A DNA stretch of 32,000 nt from Pirellula staleyi DSM 6068 (GTDB lineage: Bacteria; Planctomycetota; Planctomycetia; Pirellulales; Pirellulaceae), in NCBI GenBank assembly GCA_000025185.1, contig CP001848.1, forward strand, positions 3,720,001 through 3,752,000. The letters are read 5' to 3'. Below are positions 26,972 to 32,000 of the stretch, one piece after another; the first letter of the stretch is position 1, and each line of letters starts with the position of its first letter. The notes beneath the pieces were generated by a model, which saw only the letters and a list, made by a program, of their open reading frames with translations, was not told the origin of the DNA and searched no databases. The position numbers were made by a program, and so were the translations under genes.

Positions 26972-28015
26972 CTACTTGGTGGCAGCCATCACGCCACTGG
27001 GAAGTGGATTGCTGGTGATGCTCGAGCTCGCGTGAATGGTTCCAGGTGTCGCAGCTGTTTTCTTCGAACCGAATCGGCGCGTCAAAGCTGCAACGGCTTG
27101 CTTCACCAAATCGGGGCTGAGAAACGCCATGTTGCCAATGATCATGGCAATGCCGAACGTGGGCATCCCGAGGCACAAAGCAATGCCGCCATGAACGGCA
27201 ACCGCCATCGCCAGGCATAGGGGGCGGGTGAAACGGGGCCAAACCAGGAAGCAGTAGAACGTTTCCCAAAACACCGTCAGGTGGGTCAGGATCGAGATGA
27301 TCCAAGGCCAACGCACCATCCAGGTCATATCGAGCGACTGATATTCGAGGCTGGCAAACGAAAACCAAACGGCCGAACCATCCCACCACGTTTCGCCACG
27401 CATTTTGCCGATGCCGCCAAACAGATAGATCACGCACATCTGCACTTGGATCAGCCGCACGGCAATGTTGGTGCTAGCGCGGGGAGTCGGCTCTTCGACA
27501 TTCCCCCGCCGAATAGCGAGCCAGCGATCTACCGAAAAAGCATCCCCCGAGCGGCCCAGCATCAGGTAGAGCGCGATCATCGCATTCACTTGATCGAGGC
27601 CGAAGAGAGCTCCGTTAAGTCGATGGCAATAGGAAAGGGTGAAGAGGCACGCAAGAATCGAAGCGATGCGTGTCTGGTAGCCAACCACCAGCATGGCAAA
27701 AACCACGAGGGCCAGCAGGTGCATGGTCCAGAGCAGGGGAGCAGAGTCGATGTACCAAAGATGGCTGAAAGCGTAGACCTCGCCATCGAAGCCCTTGTTC
27801 AGTAGCACCGATGCGCGGCGGCTGATCCACGCGCTCTTGCCCAGGAAACTCTCGAGGTTGAGCGTCCAAACCAGGTGCGTGTAGAACAGCATGCCACCAC
27901 CCAGCACACGCATCATGGCCAGCGTGTGTGGTTTGGATGGTGTGAACCAGAACCGATCCCAGGCTTTCGCAAGATCCTGAAACCAATCAATCGTGGCTTG
28001 GAGGACGAGATTCAC
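26972..28015 (-). CDS. HTTM-domain (vitamin-K-dependent gamma-carboxylase-like) polytopic membrane protein
   Basis: 347-aa ORF. The N-terminal signature W.RFWFTP..PHTLAMMRVLGG.MLF is typical of HTTM proteins, and multiple TM helices follow. The GTG start at 28015 overlaps the TGA of the upstream gene (GTGA). Confidence 0.75.
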   Translation of the reverse strand: MNLVLQATIDWFQDLAKAWDRFWFTPSKPHTLAMMRVLGGGMLFYTHLVWTLNLESFLGKSAWISRRASVLLNKGFDGEVYAFSHLWYIDSAPLLWTMHLLALVVFAMLVVGYQTRIASILACLFTLSYCHRLNGALFGLDQVNAMIALYLMLGRSGDAFSVDRWLAIRRGNVEEPTPRASTNIAVRLIQVQMCVIYLFGGIGKMRGETWWDGSAVWFSFASLEYQSLDMTWMVRWPWIISILTHLTVFWETFYCFLVWPRFTRPLCLAMAVAVHGGIALCLGMPTFGIAMIIGNMAFLSPDLVKQAVAALTRRFGSKKTAATPGTIHASSSITSNPLPSGVMAATK

Positions 28016-28794
28016 TGGGCACCTCCAGCGGTCTTAGGTTCCACGAGATCGGTGTAGGTATCGGCCGCGTTCAGCTTTTTGCCAAACTCGGTTACTTCGT
28101 TCGGGAAGAGTGGGCGATGCTCGACACGGACGAGCGATACTTTGCCACCAGGATGCAGCGACTCGAGATGTTTAACCATCGAATCGCGAACGGCGACGTG
28201 CTGATCGCGGCGCATTTCCCACGCTTGCTTGGCTTCGCGAAAGAGTGGGAGATCGACACGCTGAAATTGCGTCTTCTGTTCCTGTGTGGCGCCAGCAGGA
28301 GGTGGCGTTGGCTCGACAGGACCCGTTGGCGGCGCGTAGGTATTGTGAAGTGTCTCAGCCATCATGAAGTGGCGATGGTAGAGAAGTCGTGGCCACTGAT
28401 CGGCGAGGCTGGGAAAGGTCTTGTTAATCTTTTCGCGGCCATCGGTGTACGTCACTTCGTAGCGCACCAAGTGGCAAGGGCCAGGATCGGGAGCGAAGAA
28501 GAAGTACCCATGATCGAGATAAAGCATCTGCGAGTAGGGGCGCGCGATGGCGTAGAGGCTGCTCGCAAACGGTGACATCGACTGGTTGCTCACCTGGCAG
28601 GCGAATGCAAACGGACAGATGAAGACCGCCAGCACATGCGCGGCGATGAGTCCGCTGATCAGCAGCCGGACGCGCGGATTGGCCCCCCCCGCTGCGAGCC
28701 AGTCGGTGGAGTTGTCCATCGTGCCTGCTGAGGAGTTTGGCGCGATACGCGAGTCGCCCGATGCCTCGGGCGCATTTGTTCGTCGAGGATTCAT
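28012..28794 (-). CDS. Membrane-anchored HTTM-partner protein, unknown family
   Basis: ORF 28012..28851. One TM helix (RLLISGLIAAHVLAVFICPFAFA), then a soluble domain with LDHGYFFFAPDPGP and RLLYHRHFMMAE. Candidate starts are GTG 28851, ATG 28794 (chosen, weak GAGAGA) and ATG 28719. Translationally coupled to the HTTM gene. Confidence 0.55.
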   Translation of the reverse strand: MNPRRTNAPEASGDSRIAPNSSAGTMDNSTDWLAAGGANPRVRLLISGLIAAHVLAVFICPFAFACQVSNQSMSPFASSLYAIARPYSQMLYLDHGYFFFAPDPGPCHLVRYEVTYTDGREKINKTFPSLADQWPRLLYHRHFMMAETLHNTYAPPTGPVEPTPPPAGATQEQKTQFQRVDLPLFREAKQAWEMRRDQHVAVRDSMVKHLESLHPGGKVSLVRVEHRPLFPNEVTEFGKKLNAADTYTDLVEPKTAGGAQ

Positions 28795-28868
28795 GTCTCT
28801 CGTTATCGACGAAGCTGTGCCGCGCACGCAAACTTTTCGCTCTGGGGTCACCTTTCCGGAAAGGCACG

Positions 28869-28903
28869 AAAAAACCCTCGTAGCGGCAAAACCGTTACGA
28901 GGG
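28869..28903 (-). terminator. Rho-independent terminator after the TIGR03000 gene (minus strand)
   Basis: On the minus strand: CCCTCGTAACGGTTTTGCCGCTACGAGGG followed by TTTTTT. The 8-bp arms at 28896-28903 and 28875-28882 are extendable by inner CGG/CCG pairs. The U-run corresponds to 28869-28874. Confidence 0.7.
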
Positions 28904-28984
28904 TCGTAAGTCGAATCACGGATCGCTCGGCAGCAGAATGTGAATTTTCACAATCGCTACCGAACTTCGATGTTCTTTATCGAA

Positions 28985-30049
28985 TTAGTTGCGAGCAGCG
29001 ACCTTGTCACCTTCGAAGTCGAAAGTGAGTTCCTTGGTCTCGCCGCCACGGAGCGAAACTTTCTCTTCCTTCGAGAAGGTTTGGCCACCACGGTTCCATT
29101 CCACGCGGACGGTGTAATCCTTCCAGGCGTTGTCGCCCGAGAGGCCGGTGGTGCGGAATACGCGAGTTTCCCCTTGAGCCTTGGTTTCGCGGCCAGCCAG
29201 GTAGACCTTCGCATCGGCTGGAACGTGCAGCGTCAGCGAGGTTTCAACGCTCTTGGCACTTTCGAAATCGAAAGCAACGTTGGCGGTTTCGCCAGCGCGG
29301 AGATCGACCGTCTTCACCACTTCGAGAGTCTTACCGTCACGGACCAGTTCAGCCTTCACTTCATAGGTGTAGCTATAGCCGGTCGAAAGATTACGCGAGA
29401 CATACTGGCGGTTTTCGCCGGTGCTCGACGTCGATTGACCATTGACGTAAATCTTGGCATCGGCTGGAACGTCGACCATCAACAAACCGTCGGCACGACG
29501 ATTCGAGGTGTCGAGACCAGGAGCTGGTGCCATCGGGGTCATCGGAGCAACGCCTGGATTCATCGGTGTAGTCGATGGATCGGTTGGCACGGTCATCGGC
29601 ACTTCGCTCTCCATGGGAGCGTAGTAATAAGTGCCACCGCTGCCGCCGGATGAACCACCCGACGAGCCGCCGCTCGAGCCACCCGAGCTGCCCCAGCTTC
29701 CGCTGCTGCCACCGCTCGAACCGCCCGACGAACCGCTGCTGCCGTGCCACTTCTTCTTCCAGTGGTGCTTGAACAGGCCGCTGCTGCCGCCCGAGCTGCC
29801 ACCACTGCTGCCCCAGGTATGTCCGCCCGAGCTTCCGCCGCTCGAACCACCCGACGACATGCTGTACGAACCGCTCGAGCCACCCGAGCTGCCCCAGCTT
29901 CCGCTGCTGCCACCGCTCGAACCGCCCGACGATCCACCGCTGCTACCGTGCCAGCGCCAACCGGCCAGGGCTTCGCCAGCGCCTGCGGTCAGCAGAGCCA
30001 GAGCAACCAAGCCACCGGCAGCCAATTTTCGAAAAACATTCGTGCTCAT
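28985..30049 (-). CDS. Secreted protein: Gly/Ser-repeat region, Met/Pro linker and two TIGR03000-type (Planctomycetes-specific) domains
   Basis: ORF 28985..30256 trimmed to ATG 30049 (MSTNVFRKLAAGGLVALALLTAGAGEALA, a signal peptide) after GAGAGGA. Aa 31-140 are (SSGG)n punctuated by W/H/Y. Two ~77-aa domains follow: LLMVDVPADAKIYVNGQSTSSTGENRQYVSRNLSTGYSYTYEVKAE... and LTLHVPADAKVYLAGRETKAQGETRVFRTTGLSG...YTVRVEW... Confidence 0.75.
   Translation of the reverse strand: MSTNVFRKLAAGGLVALALLTAGAGEALAGWRWHGSSGGSSGGSSGGSSGSWGSSGGSSGSYSMSSGGSSGGSSGGHTWGSSGGSSGGSSGLFKHHWKKKWHGSSGSSGGSSGGSSGSWGSSGGSSGGSSGGSSGGSGGTYYYAPMESEVPMTVPTDPSTTPMNPGVAPMTPMAPAPGLDTSNRRADGLLMVDVPADAKIYVNGQSTSSTGENRQYVSRNLSTGYSYTYEVKAELVRDGKTLEVVKTVDLRAGETANVAFDFESAKSVETSLTLHVPADAKVYLAGRETKAQGETRVFRTTGLSGDNAWKDYTVRVEWNRGGQTFSKEEKVSLRGGETKELTFDFEGDKVAARN
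29670..29932. repeat. Perfect 62-nt direct repeat (29670-29731 and 29871-29932), 201 nt apart, inside the Gly/Ser-rich coding region
   Basis: Base-by-base comparison: both copies read CCGCTCGAGCCACCCGAGCTGCCCCAGCTTCCGCTGCTGCCACCGCTCGAACCGCCCGACGA. Similarity continues with one 3-nt indel to ...CCGTGCCA. The offset of 201 nt equals 67 codons, so the repeat is in frame. Confidence 0.9.
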
Positions 30050-30537
30050 TAGCAACAATCCTCTCAAAGGTGAACGAAAAGAGGCCACTGGGCCTGTGTA
30101 CTCAAATAGGAGTAGGCGCGAGGTTTCCCTTGAAAACCTAACCAACCCTAGCATGCAATTCAAGCAGTTTGGGAAGTATTTCCCGTTTGCGAAGACTGCA
30201 TTCTTTAGCGAAAATTTTTCGACGGGAGCATTTCCGTAAGCTACAGCGCTGCCCAAGACAGGCTACTACGTAAGCTTATGCCAGAAAACAGCTTGCGCCG
30301 TCAATTGCCAGCAAAACTCCTGTAACTACCCCATTATGGATAGTAGCCTGCCCCTAGTGCTAGCAATTAAGCGGGAGCTTGCAAGAAATGCCACGCTTTA
30401 AATGGCTGTTTAAGTGGCGAAGCGCTAGGGTCTTTAGGAGCCAAGGCTCACTTTTGACGCGAACGCAATTTCTACAGAACTAATTCCCCAAAGAGTGGGG
30501 AGAAGAAGTGTGTCGCAGCCAACCACTAGTTCTGGGC

Positions 30538-30801
30538 CTAGGTTTCTGCGTCGTCGGCGTGCTCGGTGCGGCTGTTTTGCATCGCTTTCATCGCCATTCG
30601 AATCAGCGTGGCAGCGGTGGCGATAATTCCCGCCACCATCAACGCACCACCTTGGAGCATCTGCGTTTGGCGAGTCTTCGTCAGGCTCTCCATCAACTCG
30701 GCTTCGGCCCCAGCGGGTATTTCCATCCCCATCGCTGTGAAAAGTCGATAGGCCCCAACAACTGCGACTCCAATCGTGATGACGATCAGCGGAAACTGCA
30801 T
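30538..30801 (-). CDS. Small two-helix membrane protein (87 aa), unknown function
   Basis: ATG 30801 preceded by GAAGGTG. Two hydrophobic helices (FPLIVITIGVAVVGAYRLF and GGALMVAGIIATAATLIRMAM) with a charged loop. The overlapping + strand 209-aa ORF is Arg/Ser-rich and looks non-coding. Confidence 0.5.
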   Translation of the reverse strand: MQFPLIVITIGVAVVGAYRLFTAMGMEIPAGAEAELMESLTKTRQTQMLQGGALMVAGIIATAATLIRMAMKAMQNSRTEHADDAET

Positions 30802-30895
30802 TTCACACCTTCATATCAAGCCATGGTGGCACCAAGAGTGTGCCGAAACGGGGGGCCCAAATTAACGGTCGGCGCTCAGGAATTCAGAACGACAT

Positions 30896-32000
30896 TTAGG
30901 GGGCTGATGGAGTCTCTGAGGTTTCAGGGATTTCCGCAACTACTTTTTGCAGCGAAATCCCATCGAAGCTCGCCGTCCCCGTCGCGCCGAACAAACCGAT
31001 TCGCAATACACCTTCGCGTGTTTGCGCTGGAATGCGAATCTTCTTACTCTTCTCGGCCCAGTCATGTGTGCCGCGAAAGGGGCCCAGCAAGTGATGCCCC
31101 ATTTGCCGACGATTCTCGTCGTAAAGCGTCACAATAATATAAGCAATGTCATCTCGACCTGGGCCGTCGATCACGTTGTCGGTCTTCACCCACCCCTTCA
31201 TCTCCAGTTCGGGGACCTTACGACCATCAATGGCAAATCCTTGCAGCAAGTGCGAGCTTAAGCCTGGAACGGAATTAGTGAAGCTCACATGGTGTTTTCC
31301 GTCGGGGGAATTCTCGTCGGTCTCCCATCGAATATTCCGCTCGTAATACCAGCCAGGCTGACCACCTGCCGGAAACGCTTCCTGTTCGAAACTCCCGTTC
31401 GCGCACCGGGGATTCGCCGGATCGGGCTTAATTTCCCGGTTGTCCTCGGCTTTGCCCGTCATCGGCACAAACAGGGTGGGGAGGAGCGCTTCGGATTCGA
31501 GTTTTCCATTGCGTTTGCGAAACAGGTAGAGCGTCTGCTCGTAACGCTGTCCCACAGGAACCACCATCAGCCCACCTTCGACCAGTTGATCCTCCAGTGG
31601 TTTGGGAACTTTTTCGGGTGAGCAGGTAACAATAATTTTGTCGAACGGCGCGTGTTCTTCCCATCCCAGATAACCGTCACCCACTTTCGTAAAGACGTTT
31701 TTGTAGCCCAGCCGCGTAAGGGTTTTGGCAGCGTTTTTCCCGAGAGAATCGACAATTTCAATTGAGTACACCTCTTTGACGAGCGGACTCAAGATGGCTG
31801 CTTGATAACCCGAGCCGGTGCCGATTTCGAGCACCTTGTCGGTCGCTTGAGGCTGCAGCGACTCGGTCATGTAGGCCACGATAAACGGACTGCTGATCGT
31901 TTGCGAATCGCCGATCGGCAACGCCATGTCGAGGTAGGCATTCTTACGGTGCGTGATCGTGACAAATTCGTGCCGCAGCGTGTCGCGCATCGACTGAATC
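30896..32000 (-). CDS. pcm: Protein-L-isoaspartate O-methyltransferase fused to a ~180-aa C-terminal domain; 5' end outside the window
   Basis: PCMT motifs RHEFV...AY.D.ALPIG..QTIS.PFIVAYMTE.L, SAM-binding VLEIGTGSGYQAAIL, DKIIVT and GG.MV.PVG. The frame stays open to nt 32000, so Met 31990 is probably internal. Extra C-terminal region spans 30896-31444. Confidence 0.85.
   Translation of the reverse strand, partial: IQSMRDTLRHEFVTITHRKNAYLDMALPIGDSQTISSPFIVAYMTESLQPQATDKVLEIGTGSGYQAAILSPLVKEVYSIEIVDSLGKNAAKTLTRLGYKNVFTKVGDGYLGWEEHAPFDKIIVTCSPEKVPKPLEDQLVEGGLMVVPVGQRYEQTLYLFRKRNGKLESEALLPTLFVPMTGKAEDNREIKPDPANPRCANGSFEQEAFPAGGQPGWYYERNIRWETDENSPDGKHHVSFTNSVPGLSSHLLQGFAIDGRKVPELEMKGWVKTDNVIDGPGRDDIAYIIVTLYDENRRQMGHHLLGPFRGTHDWAEKSKKIRIPAQTREGVLRIGLFGATGTASFDGISLQKVVAEIPETSETPSAP

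Noticed and set aside
26700-27000. tRNA-Cys as the attachment site of a genomic island or prophage
   Set aside because: There is no integrase, recombinase or phage gene on either side. I saw no duplicated copy of the tRNA 3' end in the window. Flanking genes look like ordinary chromosomal genes.
28851-28864. Perfect 14-nt palindrome CCTTTCCGGAAAGG just upstream of the HTTM-partner gene, as an operator
   Set aside because: A 7+7 perfect palindrome is expected about twice per 32 kb by chance (32000/4^7). It also overlaps a candidate GTG start, so it is not reported as a regulatory site.
29630-29959. Repetitive DNA considered as a CRISPR array or non-coding tandem repeat
   Set aside because: The periodicity is 3-nt/codon-based, in frame within a long ORF. 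It has no repeat-spacer structure, and no cas genes are present.
29593-30239. ORFs overlapping the Gly/Ser repeat in other frames or on the other strand (29631..30239 + 202 aa Pro/Leu/Glu-rich; 29744..30052 + and 29593..29937 - Ala/Arg-rich)
   Set aside because: These are shadow frames of a low-complexity GC-rich repeat. Only the minus-strand frame starting at 30049 has an SD, a signal peptide and folded C-terminal domains.
30259-30350. 10-bp inverted repeat CAGGCTACTA (30259-30268) / TAGTAGCCTG (30341-30350) in the 490-nt region upstream of the TIGR03000 gene
   Set aside because: A single 10-bp pairing 72 nt apart is only marginally unexpected, on the order of a few percent by chance in a region this size. 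There is no flanking support for a riboswitch or terminator. It is worth rechecking only if RNA-seq shows a long leader.
30508-31137. 209-aa plus-strand ORF spanning the small membrane gene and the 3' end of pcm
   Set aside because: The translation is Arg/Ser/Pro-rich with no motif or SD. Both overlapped minus-strand genes have better evidence: SD plus TM helices, and PCMT continuity.

Overview
GC-rich (high-50s % by eye), almost fully coding chromosomal segment. Gene content points to a Planctomycetota (Pirellulales-like) genome: a TIGR03000-type domain, short zinc-ribbon proteins, a giant low-complexity ORF and a prenyltransferase/squalene-cyclase-repeat-like domain. I support about 26 CDS, one tRNA-Cys(GCA), two strong intrinsic terminators and one perfect intragenic direct repeat. 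I saw no rRNA, CRISPR array, transposase, integrase or phage genes. Left third (1-11.5 kb) is housekeeping or accessory metabolism: M24 peptidase fragment, nagA, cstA, an orphan histidine kinase, a secreted-protein/lipoprotein pair, an alpha/beta hydrolase, an ABM monooxygenase and an SDR epimerase/dehydratase. The centre (11.9-21.8 kb) holds the most interesting locus. It is a co-directional four-gene module: a giant CpoB/BamD-like TPR protein, an ExbB/TolQ channel, ExbD/TolR, and a 1,678-aa membrane-anchored protein. That last protein has a TonB-like Pro/Glu spacer, over 1,000 aa of disordered Ala/Pro/Thr/Ser sequence and a C-terminal alpha/alpha-toroid domain in place of a TonB/TolA C-terminal domain. 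I read this as a Tol/Ton-like proton-motive-force motor with a non-canonical effector (inference). The right third holds an HD phosphohydrolase, a divergent pair of zinc-ribbon proteins, ACT and Hpt-like small proteins and tRNA-Cys. It also holds a translationally coupled HTTM (gamma-carboxylase-like) pair next to a secreted Gly/Ser-repeat TIGR03000 protein, a small membrane protein and a Pcm methyltransferase fused to an extra C-terminal domain. All family assignments come from motif recognition by eye; no database search was run.
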